Shown here piece after piece: positions 45,373-54,758 of a stretch of DNA of 64,000 nt (positions are counted from its first letter, which is position 1; each line of letters opens with the position of its first letter). The notes under the pieces are model-generated. The model did not search any database. It had not been told where the DNA came from and saw only the letters and a list, made by a program, of their open reading frames with translations. A program made the translations under genes and the position numbers. The DNA lies in contig DASCPX010000070.1 in NCBI GenBank assembly GCA_036012755.1, positions 32,001 to 96,000 of the forward strand. Direction: 5' to 3'. Origin of the DNA: Myxococcota bacterium. GTDB lineage: Bacteria; Myxococcota_A; UBA796; CAJQPC01.

Positions 45373-46926
45373 TCAATCCACCCTGAACAGGTAGACCGCG
45401 CCCTTGTCGCCGCTTCCGCGCTTGGAGGCGCCGACGACGACCATGTTCCGGCCGGCGAAGTCCGCGTCCTCGACGTAGTCGACCCAGCTCCCGAAGTAGT
45501 CCCCGGCGCCGACACCGACGATCTTGGCGTCCGAAGCGTAGGCCTGGATCGTTCCGCCGCCGCTGAAGGGGCCGTAGAAGCCGTAGACCGCGCCGCGATC
45601 GTTGGTCGCCTGGCGGTTGGCCGCGACGAGGACGTCCGCGACCGCGTCGCCGTTGATGTCGCCGACCGCCACCGAGCTCCCGAACTGGTCGCTGGTGAGC
45701 TGGCCGGAGAACTTGACCGTGGCCACCGCGCCCAGCTTCGCGCCGCTGGTGACGCTGTCGCCCTCGAGGTAGTAGGCCGCACCGGTTCCACCGTGGCCGA
45801 GCGCGCCGACGACGATGTCTGCGAAGCCGTCTCCGTTCATGTCGCCGCCGTCTGCCACGCCCGTTCCGGCCTGGCTGCTGGCGAGGTTGCCGCGCACGAT
45901 GATGTCGGCGTCGCTGAGGTCTGCGGGCATCGTCGAGGACGTGATGATGTAGACCGCGCCGGCGTCCGTGCCCGTGGTGTCCTCGAAGCGCACGCCGAGG
46001 GCGAAGTCGTCGAAGCCGTCGCCGTCCCAGTCGCCGATGCCGCGGATGCGGGCACCTGCGCCGTCTCCAGCGCTCTCTCCGCCGATCGTGGCGTCGGCGC
46101 TGGCCGAGCTCGTGTCGGAGGTGACCGGTCCGTAGAAGAGGTAGGCCGCGCCTGAGCTGGCGCCGTTGTCGTCCGCGCCGGTGGCGCCGATGACGATGTC
46201 GTCGTAGCCGTCGCCGTCGATGTCACCGACGATGTCGGCGCCAGCGCCGAAGTAGTCGTAGGCCTTGTCGCCGTCGATAGAGGCCTCGGCTCCGGTCGGG
46301 AGGTCGTTTGCGCCGCGGGTGAAGCCGTGGACCACGTGCACGATGCCGTTGTTGACCTTCCAGGTCTCGACCGTGTCGTCGTAGTAGCGGCCACCGACCA
46401 CGAAGTCGTCGCTGCCGTCGCCGTTGAGGTCGCCCCCAGCCCCGAGCGCTTCGCCTGCACCGCTGCCGGAGAGGCCGTAGTAGCGACCCTTGGCGCTGCC
46501 GATGTTGGCGTCGGTGGTGGAGAACGCGCCCTTCTGCATGTAGGCCGCGCCGTCGCCGCCGCCGCTGCCCGACTTGTAGAGCGAGCCGGCGATGATCTCC
46601 TGCACGCCGTCACCGTTGAGGTCGCCGCCCGCAGCCACCGAGATGCCGAAGCGGTCGCCGTCGCTCTCACCCTTCCAGGTGACGTGATCGATGGTGTCCG
46701 CGCGGCTGGTGCCAAGGGGGATGTCGATCGGGTAGCCGTCGGGGGCGGTGCGGTCGATCCAGGGCTTGTAGCTGGGATCGTCCCACTGCACGTCGTACTC
46801 GGGCTCGGCGAACTCGCCGGTGTCGGCCTCGAGCTCGAGCTCGCCCTCGGTCGCACAGCCGCTGGTCAGGGTGGCACTGATGAGACCCGCGCCAGCGAGC
46901 GCGAGGATGGAGAACCGTTTCGTCAT
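45373..46926 (-). CDS. FG-GAP/integrin-alpha repeat lipoprotein (paralog of 43778..45307)
   Basis: MTKRFSILALAGAGLISATLTSGC; same repeat layout as its partner. Confidence 0.9.
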   Translation of the reverse strand: MTKRFSILALAGAGLISATLTSGCATEGELELEADTGEFAEPEYDVQWDDPSYKPWIDRTAPDGYPIDIPLGTSRADTIDHVTWKGESDGDRFGISVAAGGDLNGDGVQEIIAGSLYKSGSGGGDGAAYMQKGAFSTTDANIGSAKGRYYGLSGSGAGEALGAGGDLNGDGSDDFVVGGRYYDDTVETWKVNNGIVHVVHGFTRGANDLPTGAEASIDGDKAYDYFGAGADIVGDIDGDGYDDIVIGATGADDNGASSGAAYLFYGPVTSDTSSASADATIGGESAGDGAGARIRGIGDWDGDGFDDFALGVRFEDTTGTDAGAVYIITSSTMPADLSDADIIVRGNLASSQAGTGVADGGDMNGDGFADIVVGALGHGGTGAAYYLEGDSVTSGAKLGAVATVKFSGQLTSDQFGSSVAVGDINGDAVADVLVAANRQATNDRGAVYGFYGPFSGGGTIQAYASDAKIVGVGAGDYFGSWVDYVEDADFAGRNMVVVGASKRGSGDKGAVYLFRVD

Positions 46927-47014
46927 GGGGGGCACCCTGTTTGCAGATGTACAAGGACTTCCTCGGACCGGGATCCCCCTGGCTTTCGGCTTTTTTCCGA
47001 TAGGCTCCGCAGCC

Positions 47015-47848
47015 ATGGGAGAGATGTCCGTCCGCCGCAAGCTCGCGATCGCCTCCTGGGAGGCCCCTCGCGAGGGGAACATCTACGGCAAGCTCACGGT
47101 CGACGCGACCCAGGCGGTTGCCTACATCGACTGGGCGCGGGAGCGGACCGGTGAGAAGGTCACCATCACCCACCTCGTGGGCCGCGCCGTGGGCGAAGCG
47201 CTGAAGCAGACCCCCTCGCTCAACGGGCGCATCGCCTGGGGTGCCTACCACCCGCACGAGACCGTCGACGTGAGCTTCCTGGTCGTGCTGGAGGGGGGCA
47301 AGAACCTCGCCAAGGCCAAGATCGAGCGGATCGACGAGAAGTCCTGCGCAGACATCGCCGCAGAGGTCCGCGAGCTGGCGACTCGGCTTCGCGAAGGGCG
47401 GGACGATGCCTTCAAGAAGTCCCAGGGTCCGCTCGCGATGCTGCCGACCTGGATCATTCGCCCCCTGGTCCACTTCACGGGCTGGCTGACGTCATCCCTG
47501 GGCGTCGAGGTCGGCTCCCTGGGGCTCGAGCGCTACCCCTTCGGCAGCTGCATCATCACCAGCGTAGGCATGTTCGGCATCGACGAGGGCTTCGTCCCGC
47601 CGACCCCCTGGGCGCGGGTGCCGGTCTACGTGCTCATCGGTGCCATCTCGGAACGACCGGCGGTCGTCGACAGCGAGCTCGTCGTGCTGCCTCAGCTGAC
47701 GATCACCGCGACGATCGACCACCGCTTCATCGACGGCTTCCAGGGCGGCGTGCTCGCGAAGGTCATCCGCAGCGTGCTCGAGAATCCCTGGCAGCTCGAG
47801 GGCATGGACGGCCCCCCCGGAACTCAGTCCTCGTCTTCCGAGGAGTAG
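47015..47848 (+). CDS. Stand-alone 2-oxoacid dehydrogenase E2 acyltransferase catalytic domain
   Basis: ITSVGMFG, TIDHRFIDG; no lipoyl domain. Confidence 0.87.
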   Translation: MGEMSVRRKLAIASWEAPREGNIYGKLTVDATQAVAYIDWARERTGEKVTITHLVGRAVGEALKQTPSLNGRIAWGAYHPHETVDVSFLVVLEGGKNLAKAKIERIDEKSCADIAAEVRELATRLREGRDDAFKKSQGPLAMLPTWIIRPLVHFTGWLTSSLGVEVGSLGLERYPFGSCIITSVGMFGIDEGFVPPTPWARVPVYVLIGAISERPAVVDSELVVLPQLTITATIDHRFIDGFQGGVLAKVIRSVLENPWQLEGMDGPPGTQSSSSEE

Positions 47849-48435
47849 TCAGGCAGCTCCTGCCCAGCCAGGGTCAGGAGTGTCTCGTCGTAGAAGTCGA
47901 CGACGTAGACGACGAGGGGCTCGGGGTCTCGTCGCATGGCGGCCAGGTGCTCGATGTAGGACCAGTGAGTCGTGTCGTCGTCGAGCTTCACCAGGTGAAG
48001 GCTTCCGACCATGCGCTCGATGACGTCGGTGCCGTCGATCTTCTCGAAGCGGATCGCGACGAGCTCCATGTCGTCCTCGGTCCCCCAGACGAGCGCCTCT
48101 CGCCAGGCGGTGACCCACTCGATCGTGATGACGTCGTGGACCGTGTTGTCGAGCACGCAGCTCTCGTCGTACTCGGGCTCCGTGTCCCAGGTGATGTCCC
48201 ACTCGTCGACCTGTCGGCGGTCGATGAAGACGTCCTCGACGAGGATCGCCGTCCACACCTCCGAGAGCGGAGCGTCGATGCGGCCCGCAGCGTGGACCCA
48301 GTCGTAGTCGTCCTCCTGCCCGCTGAGGACGTTGAGGGACTCGGTCTCCGGGAAGCTCGCCGTGTTGTCTTCCAGCGCCCTGAGCCCCTCGGGTATCGGG
48401 GGGAGTTCGTCGGCACAGGCGAGGAAGAGCAGCAT
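47824..48435 (-). CDS. Lipoprotein, possible START/SRPBCC-like fold
   Basis: MLLFLAC; GRIDAPLSEVWTAI. Confidence 0.65.
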   Translation of the reverse strand: MLLFLACADELPPIPEGLRALEDNTASFPETESLNVLSGQEDDYDWVHAAGRIDAPLSEVWTAILVEDVFIDRRQVDEWDITWDTEPEYDESCVLDNTVHDVITIEWVTAWREALVWGTEDDMELVAIRFEKIDGTDVIERMVGSLHLVKLDDDTTHWSYIEHLAAMRRDPEPLVVYVVDFYDETLLTLAGQELPDYSSEDED

Positions 48436-48443
48436 GGGCGAGC

Positions 48444-49565
48444 TTAGCGCTCCGTGGCGTCCATGGTCATTCGCCGCGTGAAGTCGTCCCAGTGCACCGG
48501 GCGAGCCTCGATGGTGATCCGGTGGCCGAAGCGGTAGGCCTCGATGTCGGGATTCCGGGCGGGCGGGAAGCGCACGACCAGCTTCTTGAGCGGGTGACCC
48601 GGTGGGTGCCCCTGGACCGTGCGGCCGCGCTTGAGGTCCTCTGGCAGGTCGCCGCTGGACCGCGAGACGCCGTCGACCTCGATGACGAAGGACAGGGGCC
48701 CGATAGCGGCGAGGATGTTCTCCTTCGCGGCCTCCGACAGGCTCCGTTCGAGCAGCGTCTCCATGATCTCGACCAGCGGGATCGAGAAGTCAGGGAGGGG
48801 GGCGGTGTCTTCCTCGGTGGCGGGGTCGACAGGAGCATCCGGGATGGGCTCGGGGGGCTCCTCGGTCCAGACCGGCGCGATGATGTCCTCCGTCCTCGGC
48901 GGCGGGGGAGGCGAGACCTCGGGGTCCGTGATCTCCTCGGCGGTGTCGACCATGCCGAGGGTCGAGCCCGTCAGGTCGCGGTTGGCGCGGTCGAGGGCGT
49001 CGGCGGCATTGGTCAGGGCGTCCAGCAGCGCCACGAGGTCTTCTGGCGGGCGGGTCGTGCGCTTGCGAACCATCGACACCGAGTCCTTCTCTACGAGGGC
49101 GCCGGGGTAGCGGCTGAAGAGCTGGCCGAGGCGGCGGGCGACGGTCTTGTTGGAGAGCAGCGCGATGATGTGGCGCTCGCCGATCCCCTGGATGCGGAGC
49201 AGGTCGTCCAGGGCCTCGTTGCCTACTTGGATGTCCTGGAGTCCCGCATACTTGCCCATGGCCGCTGCGCCCTCCTCACGGCGCAGGACCAGGCCGGTGG
49301 CCAGCAAGGTGTCCGTGGGGACCTCGATGTGCAAGAGGCCGATCGGCGCGGGACCGCGCTCGATCTCGACGGCGCGTCCCTTCCAGTTCCCGGCCACCTG
49401 GGCGGGCCGCACGAGGTCGCCAGCGTCGAAAGACAGGTCGTTGGCCTTCGCGAAGTCCTCCCAGAGCTGCAGGCTCGGGTCTCCGGCCTTGCCCAGAGCG
49501 CTCCGTAGTTTGAGGCCGATGACCACGAGCGCGAGCAAGGCAACAGCGGCGGCGATCCAGTTCAT
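48444..49565 (-). CDS. Membrane-anchored hypothetical protein
   Basis: N-terminal TM (MNWIAAAVALLALVV), Pro/Glu-rich linker. Confidence 0.65.
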   Translation of the reverse strand: MNWIAAAVALLALVVIGLKLRSALGKAGDPSLQLWEDFAKANDLSFDAGDLVRPAQVAGNWKGRAVEIERGPAPIGLLHIEVPTDTLLATGLVLRREEGAAAMGKYAGLQDIQVGNEALDDLLRIQGIGERHIIALLSNKTVARRLGQLFSRYPGALVEKDSVSMVRKRTTRPPEDLVALLDALTNAADALDRANRDLTGSTLGMVDTAEEITDPEVSPPPPPRTEDIIAPVWTEEPPEPIPDAPVDPATEEDTAPLPDFSIPLVEIMETLLERSLSEAAKENILAAIGPLSFVIEVDGVSRSSGDLPEDLKRGRTVQGHPPGHPLKKLVVRFPPARNPDIEAYRFGHRITIEARPVHWDDFTRRMTMDATER

Positions 49566-49581
49566 CAGTTGGATCATAGTA

Positions 49582-49595
49582 CTTGACACGTCAAG
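49582..49595. promoter_or_regulatory. Palindrome CTTGAC-AC-GTCAAG in an AT-rich divergent promoter region
   Basis: Seen directly between the divergent genes; contains TTGACA. Confidence 0.45.
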
Positions 49596-49638
49596 AAAAG
49601 GTTGATCTCATCGATAGGACGCAGCGAGCAGGGTTGCA

Positions 49639-50607
49639 GTGCGAAAGCGGATGTTGGTGAGAGTGGCGTCGACGGCCATCGTCTTGGCGATGGGCCTGTT
49701 CTGTACGGACATCGCTCTGGACGGCACGGCCCAGGCGGACCTCGGGCAGCCTGGCGTCGAGGAGCCCGAGCCGGACTGGGCGCCGCCTGACTGGCACCCC
49801 GACAGCGAGACCCTCCTGGGGCTCTCTGACCTGGACGCCGTGGGTCCGCGCGAGGGGCTGCGCTTGAGATCGCAGGCTGCCTTCGTCTACGACGTCGACT
49901 CGGGAGAGGTGCTCTACGAGAGAGCGGCGGACGATCGGCGACCGGTCGCTTCGCTGACCAAGCTGGTGACGGCGCTGGCGGTGTCCAGCGAAGAGGTCGA
50001 TCTCGACGCCGAGACCTGCGTCTCCGAGCTCTTCTGGCCCTCGAGGTCAGGGGCGCGCAGCCGGATGTCGACGGGGGAGTGCTACACGGGCTGGGACCTG
50101 CTGGGCGCGGCGCTGGTCGCCAGTGACAACCGGGCAGCCTACGGGCTCGGGGTCAGCTCCGGGCTGAGCTACTACGACTTCATCGCACGCATGGACGCCG
50201 TGAGCGTGGACCTCGGCATGACCCAGTCCACCTGGGCCGACCCCAGCGGGCTCGAGGACGACAACCTCTCTACTGCCCGGGACATGACCCGGGCGTCCCT
50301 GGCGGTGGCGGTCCACCCGGTCCTGTCGATTCCGGCATCAGCGCGGAGTTGGACCACGGAGAAGACAGTCGAGGTGGGCATCGGGCCGCGCGTCCGCTCG
50401 CTGCACACGACGAACCGGGCCTCTGGGCGCGACGACATCGAGTGGCTCTCGGCGAAGACCGGCTACACCGACACGGCGCGCTACTGCTTCTCGGGGGTCT
50501 TCCGGACCATGGAGGGACGGACCATCGCGGTGACGCTGCTGGGAGCGAACCGCGGGCACCACCGCTGGACGGACCTGGACCGGGTCATCCGGAGTGTTTG
50601 GGACTGA
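49639..50607 (+). CDS. D-Ala-D-Ala carboxypeptidase/endopeptidase (peptidase S11, PBP7-like)
   Basis: ASLTK, SDN, KTGYT. Confidence 0.9.
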   Translation: MRKRMLVRVASTAIVLAMGLFCTDIALDGTAQADLGQPGVEEPEPDWAPPDWHPDSETLLGLSDLDAVGPREGLRLRSQAAFVYDVDSGEVLYERAADDRRPVASLTKLVTALAVSSEEVDLDAETCVSELFWPSRSGARSRMSTGECYTGWDLLGAALVASDNRAAYGLGVSSGLSYYDFIARMDAVSVDLGMTQSTWADPSGLEDDNLSTARDMTRASLAVAVHPVLSIPASARSWTTEKTVEVGIGPRVRSLHTTNRASGRDDIEWLSAKTGYTDTARYCFSGVFRTMEGRTIAVTLLGANRGHHRWTDLDRVIRSVWD

Positions 50608-51799
50608 AGCGGGCGACGAACTCCGCCATGCGCCGGATGCCGTCGAGGGTCGGCGCGCACACCTCTTCCAGGTCCGCGCCCTCGGCCAGTGCCGCGGCGC
50701 CGTCGAAGTCCACGTAGGCCAGGCGGAAGCTGAGCTCGCCGGCGGGTCGCATGAAGTCGGCGCCGGGGAGCACGGCCACCCCGGCTCCCTCGAGCAGCTC
50801 TTCGCAGAAGGCCCCTGCGTCGCCGCCGCCGGGGATCAAGCCGACGAAGTAGAAGGCGCCGGTGGGCTCATGGATCTGCACGCCGGCCGAGCGCAGCGGC
50901 CCGGTGCAGCGGGGTACGAGCCACCTCAGCACGGCGCGCTGTCGCTCCAGGAAGCCAGTCAGATCCTCGTTGAAGGCAGTGACTGCGGCGTACTGCGTGG
51001 GGGCGGAGACCGCCGAGAAGGTCTCGCTGGCGACCACTGACATGGCTCGGTGGATCCAGGAGAGCTCCTGTGGGACGCGCAGGGTCCCTACGCGCCAGCC
51101 GCCTGCGCCGCACCACTTGGACAGTCCCCCGGAGACCAGGGTGCCCTCCGGGTAGAACTCTGCGAGGCTCCGGTGGTCGCCGTCGTGGGCCATCGGCCCG
51201 TAGATCTCGTCGCTCACCACGAGCACGCGGTGCCGCCGCAGCACCTCGGTCAGCGCCCGGAGCTCGGCGGGGGTGTAGGAGAGCCCGTCGGGGTTGCCCG
51301 GGTAGTTGAGGATCAGGAGTCGCGCTCGGTGTCGTGTGGAGCAGTGCCGGTCCAGCACCTCCGGCGTGAGCCGCCAGCGACCCGAGAACGAGGTCGGCAG
51401 CAGGGTGCAGGGGCGACCCGCGATGCGGGCCTGGGGCGCGTAGCTGACCCAGCAGGGCGATGGCACCAACAGCTCGGCGTCGCAGACGAGCTGCACAGTG
51501 AACAGGAGCTCCTTGGAGCCGGGGCCGACGAAGATCTCGTTGGCTCGGGTCCGGAGCCCACCGCGTTCGTACCAGCTCGCGACGGCCTCGCGCAGGGCGG
51601 GCAGTCCGGCGACGTGCAGGTAGTCCTTCTCGTGGGCGTGGCTGCGGAGGGCTTCGACGACGACCTCTGGCACCGGGAAGGGCGACTGACCCAGCCCGAA
51701 GCGGGTGACGACCCGGCCCTCCGCGATCAGGCGCTTGCTGTCCTCGTTGATGGCGAGGGTCGCGCTCGGGCGCATTCCCTCGAGAAACGGAGCCCTCAC
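50585..51799 (-). CDS. Class I/II PLP-dependent aminotransferase
   Basis: NYPGNPDG, SDEIY, GLSKWCGAGGWRVG. Confidence 0.92.
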   Translation of the reverse strand: MRAPFLEGMRPSATLAINEDSKRLIAEGRVVTRFGLGQSPFPVPEVVVEALRSHAHEKDYLHVAGLPALREAVASWYERGGLRTRANEIFVGPGSKELLFTVQLVCDAELLVPSPCWVSYAPQARIAGRPCTLLPTSFSGRWRLTPEVLDRHCSTRHRARLLILNYPGNPDGLSYTPAELRALTEVLRRHRVLVVSDEIYGPMAHDGDHRSLAEFYPEGTLVSGGLSKWCGAGGWRVGTLRVPQELSWIHRAMSVVASETFSAVSAPTQYAAVTAFNEDLTGFLERQRAVLRWLVPRCTGPLRSAGVQIHEPTGAFYFVGLIPGGGDAGAFCEELLEGAGVAVLPGADFMRPAGELSFRLAYVDFDGAAALAEGADLEEVCAPTLDGIRRMAEFVARFSPKHSG

Positions 51800-53490
51800 T
51801 CCTCGATGCCAGGGTCGGTCGGCGACTCGGCCTGTTCTCTCTCTACCTCTTCGGTGTGCTCCTTCTCCGTCGCCGTGGACTCCACCGTGCGGGCCTCCAG
51901 GCTGTCGGTCCGGCCTTCCATGCCGTGCTTCGGATCTGCTGCGTCCGCTTCGTCGGTGACGATGCCGATGTCGTCGCCCTCGAGCCTCGCCATCATCGCG
52001 GTCACGCTGGAGTCACCGGCGATGTTGGTGGCGGTGCGGAACATGTCGAGGATGCGGTCGACACCGATGACCAGCGCGATGCCCTCGGCCGGCACGCCGA
52101 TGGCGGTGAGCACCATCGCCAGGGTGACCATGCCCGCCCCGGGCACCCCGGCGGCGCCGACGCTGGCCAGGGTGGCGGTGCCGACGATGGCGGCCTGGTC
52201 GCCGAGCGTCAGGTCCATGCCGTAGATCTGCGCGATGAAGATGGCGGCGACGCCCTGGTAGAGCGCCGTGCCGTCCATGTTGACCGTCGCGCCGAGGGGC
52301 AGGACGAAGCTGGTGACGGCAGGGCTGACCCGGAGCTTGTCTTCGCAACACTCCATCGTGACCGGCAGCGTGGCAGAGGAAGACGAGGTCGAGAAGCCGA
52401 CCAGCAGCGCCTCCTTCATGGCGCTCAGGAAGCCGAAAAACGGCAGCTTTGCGCCGAAGCGGATGATCAGCCCGTAGGTGATGCACAGGTGGAGCAGCAG
52501 GCCCAAGAGGACCACTCCGCCGTAGGCCATCACGGCCAGGAGCACCGATATGCCGGTGTTCCCGACCACGTCGAAGAGCAGGGTCGCCACACCGATCGGC
52601 GCGATCTTCATGACGAGGTGGACGACCATGACCATGGCCTGGTTGATGCCGTCGAGCATGTCGACGACGGGCTTGGCGCGAGCCACCTGCAACAGCGTGA
52701 GCGCGACTCCCAGCATCACCGCGAAGAAGATGATGGCGAGCATGTCGCCGTCGGCCGCCGCGGCGACCGGGTTGGTCGGTACGATGCCTACGATCTGCTC
52801 CCCGATGGTCGGGGCCTCTGCCGCGCCCTCGACGTAGTCCCCCGCCTTGTTCGAGTAGCTCGATAAGAGCAGCCGCTTGTCGGCGTCGCTGACCAGGGAG
52901 CCAGGATCCAGCAGGTTCGCGAGGGTGACGCCGATGATCAGCGCGACCACGGTCGTGCCCGTGAAGGTGAGCAGGGTTCGCCCACCGATGCGTCCCAGCT
53001 TGCGGAAGTCGCCCAGGGAGGCGAGGCCCACCACCAGCGAGCAGAACACCAGCGGCACGACGACCATCTTGATGAGCTGGAGGAAGAGCTTGCCGATCCA
53101 GACCGTCCACGCCACGAGCGAGTCGCCCAGGGGCGAGTAGGTCCGGTAGGTCTCTCGCCCGCTGTCCACCCAGCCCGTCGCGCTGTCTCCCTCTGGGACC
53201 TCGACGCCGTCCGCGGCCAGCCGGAGCTTGTCGGCGTTGGAGAGATCCCACTGGACCTGGACCCAGGCGCGCCCATCGTCGCTCCATGTGGCGCCGGTGA
53301 GCTCCGCCTTGGCCTCGCCGGCGGCGAGCCCCTCTTCTACGCCCTGGGGCGCGCCGTCCTGGTCCGCATAGACCGGCAGATCGCCCAGTCGAACGCCATC
53401 CTGGGGCATCAGCGAGCTGTTGGGTCCGAGGAGAAAGCCAGCCAGGATGCCGATGAACATCCCGATGAGGATCTTGGTGTAGAGCTTCAC
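51796..53490 (-). CDS. Dicarboxylate/amino acid:cation symporter (DAACS, GltP-like) with extracytoplasmic insertion
   Basis: FSTSSSSATLP, GATVNMDGTALY, DRILDMFRT. Confidence 0.95.
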   Translation of the reverse strand: MKLYTKILIGMFIGILAGFLLGPNSSLMPQDGVRLGDLPVYADQDGAPQGVEEGLAAGEAKAELTGATWSDDGRAWVQVQWDLSNADKLRLAADGVEVPEGDSATGWVDSGRETYRTYSPLGDSLVAWTVWIGKLFLQLIKMVVVPLVFCSLVVGLASLGDFRKLGRIGGRTLLTFTGTTVVALIIGVTLANLLDPGSLVSDADKRLLLSSYSNKAGDYVEGAAEAPTIGEQIVGIVPTNPVAAAADGDMLAIIFFAVMLGVALTLLQVARAKPVVDMLDGINQAMVMVVHLVMKIAPIGVATLLFDVVGNTGISVLLAVMAYGGVVLLGLLLHLCITYGLIIRFGAKLPFFGFLSAMKEALLVGFSTSSSSATLPVTMECCEDKLRVSPAVTSFVLPLGATVNMDGTALYQGVAAIFIAQIYGMDLTLGDQAAIVGTATLASVGAAGVPGAGMVTLAMVLTAIGVPAEGIALVIGVDRILDMFRTATNIAGDSSVTAMMARLEGDDIGIVTDEADAADPKHGMEGRTDSLEARTVESTATEKEHTEEVEREQAESPTDPGIEE

Positions 53491-53531
53491 GTCACCACCA
53501 CTGAGCAGCGGGCGAGGCTACCATCGCCGTC

Positions 53532-54758
53532 GTGATCCCCACCCATGTCGTCACCGGCTTCCTGGGCGCAGGAAAGACGACCTTCCTCTTGGACCAGGTC
53601 CGTCGTAGGCCCGAGCGCTGCGCCGTCGTCGTCAACGACTTCGGCGAGGCCCGCATCGACGCAGGCGACTTCAGCGGCGAGGTCCCGGTCATCGACATCC
53701 CCGGTGGCTGTGTCTGTTGCACCGCGCCGGAGAACCTCGTGCCCTCGCTGCGGCTGTTGATCCAACAGGCGCGACCCGACCGGATCTTCATCGAGGCCAC
53801 CGGGCTGGCGCGCCCCGCGGACATCGTCGACACGCTCGCCCGGAGTGATCTCGACCTGTCCCTGGCGCCGGTGATCTGCGTGGTCGATCCTCGCCGCGTG
53901 GACCCCTCTCGCCCCCTGCTCATGGAGCAGATCGACGCCTCGGACATCGTGCTCGCCAACCACGCGGGCGACTGCACCGAAGGGGACTTCACCGCGTTGG
54001 AGAACGCGCTCCAGGGGCGCTACCCGCCGATCCTCGCCGTGGAGCGCTGCGATCGAGGTGTCGTCGACCTCGACGTGCTCGAGCGGCGTCCAGAGGTCCT
54101 GTTCATGCGCGGCGCATCGGGGGCAGCGGCGTCGACCAGCGGCTATGTCGCCGCGAGCCGCGTGTGGCCTGCCGACAAGCTCTTCGACAGGGAGAGGTTG
54201 GTCGCCACCCTGCGCGAGTCCGACGCCGAGCGCGTCAAGGGCCTGTTCCGCACGGACCTTGGTTGGTTCCGCGTCGACCGCGCTGGCGGCGAGGTCCACG
54301 TCCTGGAGAGCCCTCTGCGCAGCGCCTCCGCTGTCGACGTCATCGCGGAGCGGGGGGCCGAGGAGCTGGTCGACCTGCTCGATCAGCTCGACGCCGTCGT
54401 GCTCGACGACGAAGAGGGCATCCGCCTCGGCGAGCACGTCTTGAACCGCTGGGCGCTGGCGGCCCTGCCCGGGCAGGTAGATGACGTCGGGGTCCTCGTG
54501 CCTGGAAAGGAGGGTCGCGGGGTGCGCTTGGTCGAGGTCCTCGATCTGGCCGACGGCGAGCACTTCATAGTCGTGGCCAGCGACGGGATGACCACGCAGC
54601 CGGTGCCCGTCGCGGCCGCCGGAGTCGCCGTCCTGGTCCACAGCCTGTCGGGGGACCTGCCGCTGCCAGAGGACCTCGGCGGGCCCTTCCGATTGCTCGC
54701 GCCGAAGGGCGGGACCTGCTCCAACGTGAAAGGCGTCGTACGCATCGAGGTCCTATGA
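53532..54758 (+). CDS. CobW/COG0523 metallochaperone GTPase with C-terminal Oxidored_molyb-like domain
   Basis: GFLGAGKTT, NDFG, GCVCC, EATGLA, RVKG; C-terminal ASDG...GGPFRL...CSNVKGVVRIE. Confidence 0.85.
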   Translation: MIPTHVVTGFLGAGKTTFLLDQVRRRPERCAVVVNDFGEARIDAGDFSGEVPVIDIPGGCVCCTAPENLVPSLRLLIQQARPDRIFIEATGLARPADIVDTLARSDLDLSLAPVICVVDPRRVDPSRPLLMEQIDASDIVLANHAGDCTEGDFTALENALQGRYPPILAVERCDRGVVDLDVLERRPEVLFMRGASGAAASTSGYVAASRVWPADKLFDRERLVATLRESDAERVKGLFRTDLGWFRVDRAGGEVHVLESPLRSASAVDVIAERGAEELVDLLDQLDAVVLDDEEGIRLGEHVLNRWALAALPGQVDDVGVLVPGKEGRGVRLVEVLDLADGEHFIVVASDGMTTQPVPVAAAGVAVLVHSLSGDLPLPEDLGGPFRLLAPKGGTCSNVKGVVRIEVL

